This document shows positions 1 through 13,360 of a DNA stretch of 64,000 bases, one piece after another (positions within the stretch are counted from its first letter, which is position 1; the number at the start of each line of letters is the position of its first letter). Origin of the DNA: Chiloscyllium plagiosum. Its lineage: Eukaryota. A program made the translations under genes and the position numbers. The stretch lies in NCBI RefSeq assembly GCF_004010195.1, contig NC_057715.1, positions 30,018,033-30,082,032 on the forward strand, read 5' to 3'. A model generated the notes under the pieces. The model was not told where the DNA came from and searched no databases. It worked only from the letters and a program-made list of their open reading frames with translations.

Positions 1-1470
1 AGCACTCAGTAATTCATTAGCAAGCATCAGGAATAAACTGATAGAATTGGCACAATTATTGGTCAGCAGTATTGATTTTTTTCCAAGTCATTAAATTCTT
101 ACCAAGTGCTTATTACAGTTTAAATAATACTGCACCGTATAAATAGTTTTGTCCACCACTTAAAACTCTCTTTGGGAGGAAGCAAAGTATAAATGATATA
201 CCTGTCACCTGAAGGTTGAACGAAGAAGCTTAGATTTAACTGTAAACATTGAATGAAGGTGTTAATTGTCATTTCGCAAATAAACTGCGTTATAACATAT
301 CCGCAATTATTGTCAGGTTCTTGTTGATATGATGATGATGCCGACCAATATGGCTGTGAGGGTAACGGTCGTATGTTTTGTTATAGGTCTTCATGGCTGA
401 AGTGAGCTCTGAGTTGGCACTGACCATCAGAGTGGTAAAAGACTATCAGAGTGAATAGGGTTACATAGGTTGGGATTGGAGGATGTGAGAGACCACGGGG
501 GGTGGGTGAGAAGTCATGAGGTAGCATGGATGGGATGCCGTGAATGTGGAGAGCTGTAAAGGGTAAGGACTGGAAGGGGGTGGGGGGGGGGGGGGGTGGA
601 GAAGGATGGCTCACAGTTTTGATAAAGTGCTGGAGCACCAAGACAAGCCTTCTTCCCAGCCTGCCTCCAAATTATTTCCAGCATTGACTGGCACAGTTCC
701 CATTTCACCATACCTTGGAATGAAAATCCAAACTCTGACTTTTCTTTTCCTGGGTGAGGTGTGTGAAGCCAGGAATTGTCCCAACTCTGCTTTTTCTGCC
801 CTGGAAAGAAACCTCCAAGACCATAATATTCCTGACATTGAGCCTGGGATACTCCACCACCATCTTTCTTTCTCTCTCTCTCTCACCCCCTGCCTTCCCC
901 ACTCAACACTACACACACCCACACACTTACCTTTCAGCCATTTTCTTATCCAAGTCTTTTTCCTGATCATCTCAGATTTGAAATTTATACAGTAACACTT
1001 TAGCAACACTGTTCCATATCCTCCAATCTCCAGATAGTCAGAGACTGGATGTACCCTGGATGACCAGTGTTCGGACCTCTCAGAAGCCTTGATGCACTGA
1101 CTAAGCAGTTATTATTCAATGTATGGAGACTCCAAAATTGTTCTCCAACTTGGAGTATGTATTGGAGACTTAGAAGGATTCCCGCTAATTTGAGATGACA
1201 GTTATTTAGGAAGATTAGAGGAACTAAAGTCCACCCCATCTCCTGGATAACTATAAAACAGACCACCCTAACGAATCTGTGTACATCCAAGCACTTGCAC
1301 TGATCCTTCCCACTCACAACCTGACTCCCTGCTGGACTCTGCAATCAATCACACCCAAATCCCTCACTCCTACCCCAGGCAAAATCCTTGGAACTGATCA
1401 CCCTGTCTATCATGCCACCTTACCTAGCCTATCCAGCCTATGAACCTGACTGAACCTTGGGCCACCCCCA

Positions 1471-1562
1471 CATTCCTGAAGAGCTTATGCTCAAAATGTC
1501 GAATTTCCTGCTCCTCGAATGCTGCCTGAATGGCTGTGCTTTTCCAATACCACACTTTTTAC
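1471..1562 (+). mobile_element. PLE terminal repeat with degenerate hammerhead motif
   Basis: ATTCCTGAAGAGCTTATGCTCAAAATGTCGA...TGCTGCCTGA...GTGCTTTTCCA; same repeat as 37068-37189 and 50316-50442; CUGAnGA present, GAAA mutated. Confidence 0.6.
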
Positions 1563-3254
1563 CCTACCCATAGTTATGTTCCTACCCTCCCCCCCCCAAC
1601 CAACTCACATTCATTTACTAACAGTAAAAGGCTATTCAAATGTTTGACGGTTGTTCAGAGTTGAGTGAATGGATGAATTTGAACAGACATAAGGTTAAAA
1701 AAAAAAGGTATGGGGGCAAGGACATCAATCTGACAGTGACTGCTGCTCTCACAAGATTCAGGTTATTTTTGTCAGATGTCATCATCATGGGATTTACCAC
1801 AGCCCTTCACAAACTACTGGTGGATTCTGATAGATCTTTGCCAAAGTACACCCAATTCTATACCTCCTGAAAAGCTAAGAATATCAGCTGAGAGCTTAGT
1901 TCTGCTGTAAGCACCACAGGGATTTGTGATCTTGATTCCTTTACATATATTCTGTCAGATTCAGTCATCTGTTATTTCCTGGTTTTGAATGAAAGTCATA
2001 ATTGACAAGTGAGATCCTAAATTATTTTGTTAAGAATTGTTAACATGTTAACTACCTTCTGCATTCTTAGCCCTGTCAAATCTAACTTACTTCTAATGAC
2101 AGCTACATTTTGTGCAACAATGGAGCGTCACACTTTGTGGCACATTGCAAGATTTAGACTCACTCCAGTCGATTCAAACTTCACTTCATCATTTTTTTCT
2201 TGAAGAATTGTTTCCATTTTTTAAACATTGGCGTTGCTGAGACTGGTATTCTCCTTGGTGACAAGTCTTGGCTTCATAATGCAGCAATATGGGCAGCAAT
2301 ATCATGAACCACTTGGAAAAATAAGCATAAACCTGAGTCCAACCACTACTGGGGTCATCACAATAGTTAAATACTTTGTCAATCACTCAAAGAATTCAGT
2401 TTTACTGTCTGATGGATGCAGGTTAACATAAAATATTGACCAAGTTTCTGTACTTAACATGAGCTACTGCTTATTACAAATAGGTGAATTCTAACTACAG
2501 GCAAACAAAATTATCAATTATCAACAATGCTTTACTGACTGAAAAATTGAACCCCATCCTCAAAAACTTTACAGATATGTACAGACAGAAACAGACAAAC
2601 AAGCCAATGCAGTCATTATGAGCAGAGGAAAAAATACTGAAAAAACACAGTTCAGTAGCACCAATCCATAAGATTCAATGAGGTGTTCCTTTTGGTTCTT
2701 CTAGTTCTTTTTGATCTCAAATTTCCTTACTTCCAGGTGCTTTCAGTTCTTAGCTGAATGGACAGAATGGTTAACTCATTCATTATTCAGTCTTTCAGTC
2801 ACTGCAGAGAGAGAGAGAGAGGAAACAACTTATTGCAAATGGTAGGGGAGATAGCTGTCTTTCAGTTTTAGGTTACTTCACTATCAAGAGAGAAAACAAG
2901 AGATGCTGCAATGGTCTATGCAGCTCTGCACTTGCGAGGCCTAGCTTCAGCCTGCATCACATTGACAAGAGCAACAGAATTCAGGAATGACTGGCTGACA
3001 GGCAGCAGCAGAGTGATAGTAGTAGGAGCTCAAGGGTTTAATTCCATGCTGTACATCTATATAAGTCTATGATCCTATGATAGTGGACAGCAGCTTTGTA
3101 CACTACATAGGCACTGTCCCTGGGAGACACCTTTGCATTTCTAGAAACCTGCAGGAGCAGAAATTGTCAGAGTCTCTGTAAACCTCATCAATCATTGGTA
3201 TCTAGGGATGTGATAACAGCAGTCTGAATCTACAGAACAAGATGGATCTCATAA

Positions 3255-3560
3255 CTAGAGTCTGTTGTCAGACTTGGATTTTGCCCAAACTCTAATGAAA
3301 GCTGTTACACAGCTTATCAGCAGTGCCCTCTTGGAGTTACTCACCACTTCTATGGCTGGAAAGGAAAGACTTGAAGCAAGCATGAAACTATGGTACAAGA
3401 AGCCAGATTCATTCATGTTTCTTGACAGCGACCAGACACTTTCTGGTACATTGCTTGTAATCTCTGAATGCATTTTTACAGCAAAACTCTCTCCAAGCGC
3501 ATCTCCTGGGGGAGCTGGTACATTGTTATTCTCTTCTCCAATCTCGTTGCTATGCACTCA
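3255..3560 (-). mobile_element. Possible decayed distal part of a PIF/Harbinger Myb-like accessory ORF
   Basis: 100-aa ORF (MHSEITSNVPESVWSLSRNMNESG...) resembles, from recall only, the coiled-coil region of shark Harbinger accessory ORFs; no diagnostic motif. Confidence 0.3.
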
Positions 3561-3817
3561 TGCCTGGTTCTTCACCATGTGCTGATCCCAACTCTGCTAA
3601 CCTCAAAAGAACACACCGTTCCAGAATCTGAACTGAATGTCCAGCTTTATTGCAGCTAATTGAAATGTTCTTCGCTTTACTACAGAGAAAGGAGTTAACT
3701 ATTTGGTGAGTGTCTGGTAAGTGGTTATATGTTTGTGATTAAATTAATGAAATATATAAAAACAACATATTTAGTTATTTAATTATAATGTTCAGTTATT
3801 TAATTCAAACTCATTAA

Positions 3818-4260
3818 TCATGGCAGGACAAATGATGTGTTAAAGCTGTAGCAGGTGGGTGCTCCTGGGTACATTGTGATTGAGGGCAAACATGTCTGCA
3901 TTAAGTGTTTGAACTTCCTGCAGTTTTCACTGTGAGTTTATAAGGTGAAGCCTAAATTACACATCTGTGACAAGGAAAGTTACCTGGATTCTTTGCAATA
4001 GGAAGCTGTCATACCGCTTCAGATAGGCTCACCTGATTAAGCCAGTGGTCAGGAGGGTGTTACTGTGAATGAACCCACATAGGCGCCCAGAGGGCAGAAG
4101 TACAGTTGAGGCAGTCTCTGCCCAATAGATTTGAGATTCCCTCAGCCTGATTGAATGATAAAAGGAGCTGCAGGGTAGTTAAGCAAATTCACCATGGCAT
4201 CCTGGTACATGAAGCCATTCAAGTCAGAGGAGTATCAAGGAATGTGGCTTGTTTTTCTGG
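3818..4260 (+). mobile_element. Old CR1 LINE 5' fragment (ORF1 zinc-finger/leucine-zipper region)
   Basis: Translates, with stops and a frameshift, to MAGQMMC*SCSRW...KHVCIKCLNFLQF, the CxxC...CxKC start of CR1 ORF1. Confidence 0.55.
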
Positions 4261-4489
4261 AAATGATGTGTGGTACGATGAGGCTAGAATCTGATGTGAG
4301 AAGCTTGATTTTAAATGTCCATGATGGTCTTCTGCATCCAGCTAGCATTTACTGGAACTGGGTCGCAATTCGGTCCAGTCTGTTTTGTAGTACCTTTTAC
4401 AGCGGTCATCCATAAGGAGAGCTTCCTCCAGCTCAATATTTTCATCCACCTCCTAAAAGACTGCTCCTGTTCCACCGCTCGTCAGAATC

Positions 4490-5850
4490 TATCACGTTAC
4501 TGTGTTGCCTGCTCCAATTGTGCAGAGCACAACACACCAAGATATTGCGGAGCACTGTGTGCACTATACTGGAGGATCTCATTGACACTACTCCAGGCTG
4601 TCAAAGTGCATCTTTGGCATTGCTCTACATAGTCCTGGTCACAGCATGTGCACCAACATGGTGAAGATGCAACACCAGCTGAGTGACTAACATATTACAT
4701 CCAAAAGAAAGTGCCCACTGTGTTCTGACCATTATTCCATCCCACACCTAATCAACCATTCCACTTTCCATTGCATTCATTAGAGTCCATCACGGTGGCA
4801 CAGTGGTTAGCACTGCTGCCTCACAGCGCCAGAGACTCGGGTTCAATTCCCGCCTCAGGTGACTCTGTGTGTAGAGTTCGCACATTCTCCCCGTGTTTGC
4901 ATGGGTTTCCTCCGGGTGCTCCGGTTTCCTCCCACAATCCAAAAGTGTGCAGGTTAGGTAAATTGGCCATGCTAAATTGCCCGTAGTGTTAGATGAAGAG
5001 GTAAATGTAGGGGAATGGGTCTGGGTGGGTTATGGGTCGGTGTGGACTTGTTGGGCCGAAGGGCCTGTTTCCACATGGTTAGTAATCTAATCTAATCATA
5101 CGGACATGACATAAAATGCAGCAATATCCCCTTCATCCCAAACCATCCTTGCAATTTCTACAAGTGATGGAATGTTTTTGACCAGTATTCACTTTCTTTT
5201 CTGTTACTGCTGCTAACGTGTGCATCTCCGAGATGACAAAGTTGATTTAGTCAGCACCAATAGCATGGTGCAATTGCCTTTGAACAGCATTTAACTTGTC
5301 AGCGAGTCTACTCTGTGTGTTTTACACATGTGAAGAAATGCTTCCAAATGAACTGTCGCTGGAGTTTGAAAACAGATGCTTTGCACATTGGCCCCTGTAT
5401 TTGTTCCCATTTTCCTAGCTCCTCGACATCTATGCCATCACGCTGTTGCTCCAATTGTGCAAAACACAGCATGCTGAAATAGTATGGCACACTCTTAGCA
5501 AAGGTGGTATGTCAACTGAGTGACTAATACATTATGCCCACGAGGGAGCACCGACTGTGATCTGATCCCTTTCCCTTCAACCAGACCACATATCATTTAA
5601 TTCATTAGAATCCATCATTATACTGATGTGACAGAAGATGAAGTAATGTTCCCCTTGTCCCACCAGCACCCTTGGAATTTCTTTGGGTGAAGAAATGCCT
5701 CCTCAACTCCATCCTAAAAGGTCCACCCCGAATCCTCAGACTGGACTCCTGGTTCTAGATGCATCTACCATGGGGCATGTGCCTCCTTTTACATTTTTGT
5801 GACCAACTCTGGATGACATTGTTAGTTTAGTCAGCAATACTAGTCAAACA
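4490..5850. repeat. Old diverged tandem duplication (unit 1 about 4490-5275, interrupted by HE1; unit 2 about 5435-5850)
   Basis: Collinear shared anchors GCTCCAATTGTGCA, CTGAGTGACTAA, ATTCATTAGA.TCCATCA, CCTTG.AATTTCT, TTTAGTCAGCA. Confidence 0.65.
4790..5098 (+). mobile_element. HE1-type SINE (tRNA-derived, V-domain)
   Basis: A box GTGGCACAGTGG, B box GGTTCAATTCC, V-domain GGGTTTCCTCCGGGTGCTCCGGTTTCCTCCC, CR1-like tail GGGCCGAAGGGCCTGTTTCC, (TAATC)n end. Confidence 0.92.
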
Positions 5851-6299
5851 AGTCACTCATGCCAAAATCAAATCAGGATGGGTAATATCTTCTGGCTTAG
5901 CTAATGATGTCCACATTCTATGAAAGATTGCAAAAATGCAGAAGGAGAGGGTTAAAGTAAGGGAATTGAGAGAGAATGGAAAGTTCATTGTCACATTGTT
6001 TGCTGCTTTCATTTCATGTCAAGAGAGCAGGCAGAGGGTGTAATGGAATTTGAGAAGGTGCATAAGGCAGGAACACGTCATAAATCCTGAATATTCTTTG
6101 TGAAGAAGGAATGTTGGAATAGTTCAGTAACTGCTTGCCTAATGTTTCACTGCACTGTCTCCACCAAGAGGTTTAGTAATATAGAATCTTAATGTATCCT
6201 TTTATATATGAGCTTGTTCCAGGAGAAAAAGGGAAGAGTTGTCAACTAGAGTATGTATTGATGGTTTGTTAAATAACAAAGTAAAAGGAAACTGATAGA

Positions 6300-6532
6300 T
6301 AAAACAAAAACAAAAGAACTGCGGATGCTGTAAATCAGAAACAAATGATCCTGGAAAAGCTCAGCAGGTCTGACAGCATCTGTAGACAGTAATCAGAGTT
6401 AATGATTCGGGTCATGTGACCCTTCCTGAGTTCTGAGGAAGGTTTACTCAACCAGAAAAGTTAACTTTGATTTCTCTCCACAGATGCTGCCAGACCTGCT
6501 GAACTTTTCCAGCAATTTCTGTTTTTATTTCA
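6300..6532. mobile_element. Inverted pair of PLE terminal repeats joined at their hammerhead motifs
   Basis: CTGGAAAAGCTCAGCAGGTCTGACAGCATCTGT vs ACAGATGCTGCCAGACCTGCTGAACTTTTCCAG; centre CCTTCCTGAGTTCTGAGGAAGG; + strand HHR-like motif 6429-6466. Confidence 0.75.
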
Positions 6533-6978
6533 ACTGAAAAAAAATGTTTGGCTTGTAGCACTAGTGAGTCTGTGAGGATGAGGGGAAGCATTTGGGTATG
6601 AGCCTTATTGCTGGAGGTTGCTGACGGATGAGTGGTGCATGGAGTAGTATGTGAGGGGATAGAAAATGGCATTTGGAGATGAGTTCTTTGGCATTGATAA
6701 ACTGGATGGGGCAATTGAACTTTGTATAACCACTGCAGCCAAGGCCTTAGCACGAGACACGTATCTTAATGGCCAACTGCTCTTATTCTCTTTGCAGTGA
6801 ATATCTCAAAAGCCTGCTGGTCCCCTGAATAAGCAGAACGTTTCCGGTTTTTCTATCTCCTCAGACAAACCAGACTCCCTGCTCAGACCAGCAGCTTTTT
6901 GGAAGTCTTATTCCTTGTCTGGTATTTTTTTTTCAGACAAGCCCACTATCTGTTGCAGGCAGAATGCATTGCCTCCCA

Positions 6979-7303
6979 GGGCGGCACAGTGGCACAGCGC
7001 CTAGCATTGCTGCTGCACTGCGCCAGGGACCCGGGTTCGATTCCTGCCTCAGGCAGCTGTCTGTGTGGAGTTCACACATTCACCCCATGTCTGCGTGGCC
7101 TTCCTCTGGGTGCTCTGGCTTCCTCCCACAATTCAAGGATGTGCAGGTTAGGTTGAAAAAGCTATGCCAAATTGTCCATATTGTTAGGTATATTAGTCAG
7201 GGGTAAATGTAAGGGAATGGGTCTGGGTGGGTTACTCTTCGGAGGGTCGGTGTGGACTTGTTGGGCTGAAGGGCCTGTTTCCACACTGTAGGGAAACTAA
7301 TCT
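6979..7303 (+). mobile_element. HE1-type SINE
   Basis: GGGCGGCACAGTGGCACAG head, B box GGTTCGATTCC, V-domain, CR1-like tail. Confidence 0.92.
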
Positions 7304-7321
7304 TAAAAATGATAAAGTTAA

Positions 7322-8101
7322 TAGGTCATTGGCGAGACAAAACATAGACTACGGCAATGGATGAATGGATACCACAGAACAATCTTCAGACAGGAGTGTT
7401 CTCTCCCAGGCGGAGAACACTTCAGTGGTCTGGGACATTCGACCTCTGACCTTTGGGTGACCGTCCTCCAAGGCAGACTTCGGGACAGGCAACAATGAAA
7501 AGTGGCCAAGTAGAGGCTGAAAGCCAAGTTCGTTACCCATGGGGATGGCCTCAACCGGGACCTTGGGTTCATGTCATCCTACCGGTGACCCCATTGCACT
7601 ACACACACACACACACATATAAGTTTGTGGGGTGAATTTATATTTGCAGAATTACATTTTACTTTGCTTAAAAAGTGCATGAATCCATGCAAGGTTCTGT
7701 AAGTCTGTTTTTTTGGATTAGAATCAGTCTGACTACTGTGGCACAGACAGTTAACACCTTCAATACCTTATTTGGGCTGACATGACACCAATTGTTAAAG
7801 TGCACTTGAGAATGTAACTTTTAAAAAAGGCTTTGTGATTTATATATGAAAGAACTGAAACCAACATGGTCATTCTAAAAGATGAGAGACTTAACAAACA
7901 ATCTGGGTCTTTTTCAATATATAATTTCAGTTACATCACACTGTAAACTTTTGCTATAAATTCTGTGTCTTACAGTTTTATTCTCCATAATCACCAAAAG
8001 CTCTGAAAGCTAGTGCTTCCAAATAAACCTGTTGGACTATAACCTGGTGTGTTATTTTTAAACTTTGTACACCCCAGTCCAACACTGGCGTCTCCAAATC
8101 T
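7322..8101 (+). mobile_element. PLE 3' fragment (GIY-YIG C-terminal half, 3' UTR, terminal repeat)
   Basis: IGETKHRLRQWMNG...EHFSG...GLNRDLGFMSSYR*; (CA)n; ends GAAAGCTAGTGCTTCCAAATAAACCTGTTGGACTATAACCTGG (HHR 5' core deleted). Confidence 0.85.
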
Positions 8102-9199
8102 TAAAAATTATAGTTACCTTTTAGGAAGTATAGGCCACCTGTAACCTGGGCAAGCCAATTTTTTCCATTGGACCTGATCATGCAACCAGTAAGTAGTGCA
8201 TTCATGCTGGACTGCTCACAAAGGTCATGCCAATGACTGGCAACACAACATTTCAGCGTTACCTGCCTCACCTTGACTAGATGCAGGGTAATTGCACAAG
8301 GTACCCCTGTGCCCAGAAGAAGTGATTGTGACCAATTTTTAGCTGATCTTGGAAAAAAATCAGATCTATTTTCAGTGCTTACTTTTTAAAGAAAATGCAC
8401 TTGCATTGTGTTTACTGTGATGAAGGATGTCAGTCCTGGGGATGGCAGATATTTTTACCTTTGGCCAATGCTGTCAACATTAAGTGCTGCCACACACGTT
8501 TGACAAAGTAGGCACCAGTTATAATTCGGTCTACTTTCACACAACATTATTAGATTAATTAAATCTACAGTCCAGGATCTCTTACCACATTAAATTGACT
8601 TTAATTTTCTACTTTGCTCTGATCAGAATTTATTAATTTAGTGTAATTCACATTCAATGTAATGTCATGTGACAGTTTACTACTTGCAATGAATCAGTTG
8701 AGATGGACAAACTACCTTAACAGCGGACTTTTACAACTAGCAAGTTGATTGATGTGTGGTGTCTTAGAGGATTCTTAGCATGCATTGATCTATGACTTTA
8801 GATATTGCTAGGGTTTGAAGACTTTTCAGACTAATTCTTTATTTGCATAATACTTCATATGTACATGGTAGATAACAAGATCTAAGACTCCTCTTCAGAG
8901 TCTCCCCATCGTGGAATCATGGAGATGATTGCATTTCTTCTTGAACTTTGTTGATGCTTGGAATCTGAACACCCTCCTCAGTGATGATAGCTGTGGAAAA
9001 CATCTCACCCAAACCACTAGAGTAAAATCTGTCCATCTCTTTTAATGTATGAAACTTTCTTTTCATTCCAGTATAACTCACCTCTGGCAATTTCTTTTTG
9101 TTTGTTTAGGTTCTGCTATGAGTTTATATAATACAAAATTCTCTATTGGTTTTTTTCTTTTAATCTTGGTGTCTTCAAGATTGTTTTAACATTCACAGT

Positions 9200-10525
9200 A
9201 TCTCCCAGTGGTTGGCCTTCTGCTCATTTTTAATGGTGTGCTAGTTTCAGCTTTCCCAAGCATCTGAACAGCTTTGAGATTTCAGTTCTGAATCTATGTT
9301 TTCGTTTCTGGTCATCAACTTTAAACATTAATTTCAAATCCACGCATATTTTTCTGCTTAGTAACAAACATTCATGGTTCTTGTTAATGTATTAATCTTC
9401 AAAAGATTTCTCTGTGTTTGTAATGAAAAAGCATTTGATCCATTCTGATCCTTGGAGTAGTTCTGTTAATGGTTAAAATGATTCTTGATTCAGCTAATCT
9501 AACTCACTAGAGAGTATTGGGATCTCTGTTCTAATGTCAATTTTAAAACTGGCAAGTGATTTATCTGTTATTGGACCCTTTAATTTCTCAAATAGTGTCT
9601 TTTCTAAAATGTTTTCTCTCTGTTAGGTGGATAAAAATTGAAAAGATGGATTATTTAAAATGACCCACAGGTTCTTGTTGGGGGGAGTTGAGACATTCTT
9701 TTTACCTATGCATCATCTTCCCATCACAACAGGAACATTGCAAATGTCATCCCCGCACTTTCTTCATGCTTCCCTGGCTTTTGTATAAAAGCAGGTTCAG
9801 TTTAGCACCTAATACCTTGAATAACTCAAATAGTCTTTACTCGTGGAACTTCTCTTTTACCAATAATAAACATCCTGTTTTATTTTCTCACTTTAGTGAG
9901 ACACTTCAACCTGTAAACTCAGCTGCATAACTTTAGTCGATGTTAATTCATCCCTAGAATATTGCAAGTCTGAAAGATCTTTCCTCTGTAAATCCTGTCT
10001 TTTTACAATTCTAACCCTGATTAAGGCATCCTTTAATGCCCTGTAATCACAGCTGACTGCCAAATCACAAATGTTCTTAATAAAGCCTTTTCCTGGCTTT
10101 TGTTTCCATTGATTACATTTTGCTCTCTCGGTAGTACAGTGTCAAACACTAAAGTATGGGTTTACTGTTCCAATTACCATCTTGGAGGTGGCTGTCTCTT
10201 CATTCACCTCCTGTATTGATGGAGCAAGGTTTATTCTGACCTTTCCTAGTTTTTGCTGCCAAATATGAAGCATTTCTGTAACAACCAGTTCTGCATTTCT
10301 CTGCTTGTTGTGGACCATCCATGTGTTTGGGTGCTTTTAGAAGCAGTAAGGTTGAATTCATTCTTTACGCTGATTCAAGGTTTCCTTCCAGTGCTGTTTC
10401 TTTGCCACTCACTGGCTGTGTGTCTGAGGTTTTACTCATCACGCTGTCTGGTGGCCAGGGTGGTCTTCCCCATTTCTCCCGCAATTGGACCTGCTGCTGC
10501 ATCTCCTCACCAATGCCACCATATG
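9200..10525 (-). mobile_element. Decayed Ty3/Gypsy LTR retrotransposon: PBS-like site, gag, aspartic protease
   Basis: Minus frame 10129-9962 ERAKCNQWKQKPGKGFIKNICDLAVSCDYRALKDALIRVRIV (gag); FKID at 9547-9536 (protease FKxDTGA-like); LLSRKICVDLKL and KLFRCLGKLK downstream; TGGTGGCA PBS-like site at 10521-10514 just after ...AACAACA. Confidence 0.75.
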
Positions 10526-10530
10526 TTGTT

Positions 10531-10730
10531 ATAGGAACAGGAGTAGGCTATTCATTAATTGAGATTGTGGTCCGACTCCATAAACCTGCTTTTGGCTCAT
10601 ATCCCATAAATGTTTGCTTAACAAAGATTTATCTATCTCAGAATTAAAATTAATTGATTCAGCATCTACTGCTGTTTGTCGAAGACAGTTCCAAACATCT
10701 ACCAGTTTGTGTGTCAAAGTACTTCCTAAT
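10531..10730 (-). mobile_element. Old CR1 3' fragment
   Basis: KLVDVWNCLRQTAVDAESINFNSEIDKSL, a CR1 ORF2 C-terminus. Confidence 0.65.
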
Positions 10731-13074
10731 AATGTTGTCATGTGGTGACTTGTAGGATGTTTAAGGTGCAGTGCTCTATGAAAAAAATGTTTTTGGTGTC
10801 TGTGAACATGTACATTCAAGCAAGCATGAAGTTTAGCCTATGGCTTCTGCTGTCATAGTCTCTCAAACATCATGTGTCCATTACAGCATCATGGACATAG
10901 CTTCCTATGTACATTCACAAGAGTTAAACCTTTCCAAATGAAGTAGGGAGGCAATAGTTCCTTTAGTAGGAGTCGGTTTGGATACTGGCAACAAACCTTG
11001 CAGACTAAACATGGAGACCTGACAGTACATGTGCCATTTTAAAACGATTTGCCCAAAAATATCATCCCATGTATAACATGAGGCTTGGATTGCAAAGTTA
11101 GCATTAAAGTGGTGAGTTTAATTGTACAGATAATACAGACGGCCTGAAAACTTATATTAAACTCTGGGAAATTATTCATGCAACAGGCAGCTGCTTAACA
11201 CATTTGGGTCACATTAGGTGAACAAACTTTGCGATTTTCAAGTAATTAGTTTTCCTACTAATGCTAGCATCCTATCATTAACTACATTGTACAGACCAAT
11301 TCTGTTTAAATTGTACACTTTATAACAAATTGCATCCCTTGGTCAGAATCCTAAATATAACAGGATTTTAAGCCATAGGATATGTGTGAGCACTTTCTCT
11401 TTTGATTGTCTACAACCATAGAATCTGCACAAAACATTGTAATCAAGGCGCTTTGGAACCTTTGGAAATTTAACCATTTTTCTCACCAATTTGTGCAGAA
11501 TCAACACCCCAAGAAGGGGGGATACATTGCAGAAGTTAAATTATAATCATCACAAAATTCATAGTGAACTGAAAGCAAGATACCAGTTCAAACCTTGAAT
11601 CAGTAATACTGCATGAATCCAAAGAAGTTTGTTGCTAGCATGCATTAACGTAGAGATTGAAAAATGCCTTCACTTGGTCCAGACATATGATTAAAGGTAG
11701 TGTCATGATTCGGTGTCACATTCACTCTAAAAAGTGAAAGGAAAATAGAAATTAGAATTGTAGGCACATATGATATAAACCTTATTACTGGCTGGTCCAT
11801 ACATAGCACAGCATGAGTCTATTATAGAAACTGAGATGTACCAGTGTTTGGAGCTCTTTCTACGATTTGGTTAAGGATGGCGATAAGGAGATGTGTCAAT
11901 AAGTCATCTGGCAAGCCAGCAGAGAAAAAAATATAGAGAAAGCATCTTGATCATTGGTGCTTCTGTAATACAGATCACAAGAGTGTAACACACATAAACG
12001 AGATCCTTGTCCATTATCAAGATAGGAAAATCACTGTATGATTCTTCCATTGTGAGAAAACACCTATCTTTGATGCTTTCCTGCACACCAAATACTGTAA
12101 CAATAAATAGAAAGGCACCTAAAGATTGGGCACTCCCATCCCAGGTGATTGCACACCTTCCCGTTTCCTGGACTCCACCCTTCCCTTTACCTTGGTAATA
12201 TTCCCAATTGAAACTGAATTTCTAACATTTCCCAGTTTTGGTAAAATGTCATCAGCCTGAAGTGCTATCTTCGGGTTTCTCTCCATGAAACCTGTCTGAT
12301 CTGTTGTTTACAGCATTTTCTGTCTTTGTTTCCTGAGCTGTGGCCTTCACACTGTGTTAGAATACACTTTCCCAGTACAAATTCGGCAACTCAGCTGTTA
12401 CTGATAATACCAAACCCCTTTTTTTCCATCTTTGCCCACCCATATTACCTCCCTCACCATCCTCTCTCAATACAGTAGAAGGAATTATTTAATTGCATGC
12501 GAATTGTGTGTTTAATTGTATTCTGGAGGTGAGTTTTAACTGGAAATTCCATGAGAGCAGACGGATAGTGTGCTCTTTGAGATTTTGGCAGTGCACGTTT
12601 TGACTATGTATCTCTAATTTAAAGCGTATAACATATACAAAAATTAGGTTGGTTTCAATCCTGTATTGCATAGAGATAACAGAGCTGTGCATTAAGTATG
12701 CTTGCTGTTGTTCATTAGAAAGGCATTGATTGCAACTTTGTAGCTTCAATGCACCTCTTTTAAGAATGTCTTGAAGTCCGGGGCGGGGTGAGGAATGTCA
12801 AAAGAACACACAGGCTGGCCAGCACTGATTTCCCAGTCAACTCAGAGTGAAGGTGCTGAAAAGTTATTTACCTTGTTTTACAAAACAGTTCAACAAATAA
12901 GCAAGCTATAATTTTGCACCAACTCAAAAATCAGGATTGTTGATTATTTGTGGCATTGCTCCCTCTGTGTTATAGGGCACATTCTTACATGGATACCAGT
13001 AGGTTGACAGTATGTTGACTCATTTTCATCTCTTGTCCTATGTCTCTCATTTTCCTTTCTCTTGGTCAGTGTAC

Positions 13075-13360
13075 AGATGTTCCCTCACGCTTCTAAATTC
13101 CAATGAATGCAGCCCTGGATGACCCAATCTCTCCACATAAAACAAACTTGTCATCCTAAGAATCAATCTGTTGAACATTTTCTGCACTCTCTCTATGACA
13201 AGTACATCTTCTCTTGGGTAAGGTGACCAAAACTGCACACAATACCTTCTGTGTGGTCTCACCAAGCCTTACACATCAGCAGTGAGACAAGTCTTGCTTC
13301 TATACTCAAATTGTCTTGATATGTAAGCCAATGTAACATTTCTTTCCTAACTGCTACCTG
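13075..13360 (-). mobile_element. CR1 ORF2 fragment
   Basis: VRPHRRYCVQFWSPY...IERVQK...LHSLE. Confidence 0.8.

Noticed and set aside
381-1009. Overlapping 65-132 aa ORFs and a poly-G tract
   Set aside because: Low-complexity sequence; only faint PLE-like words (QLRAHF), not enough for a gene or element call.
2189-2431. Possible Gypsy gag start on the minus strand
   Set aside because: One weak resemblance with no downstream motifs confirmed.
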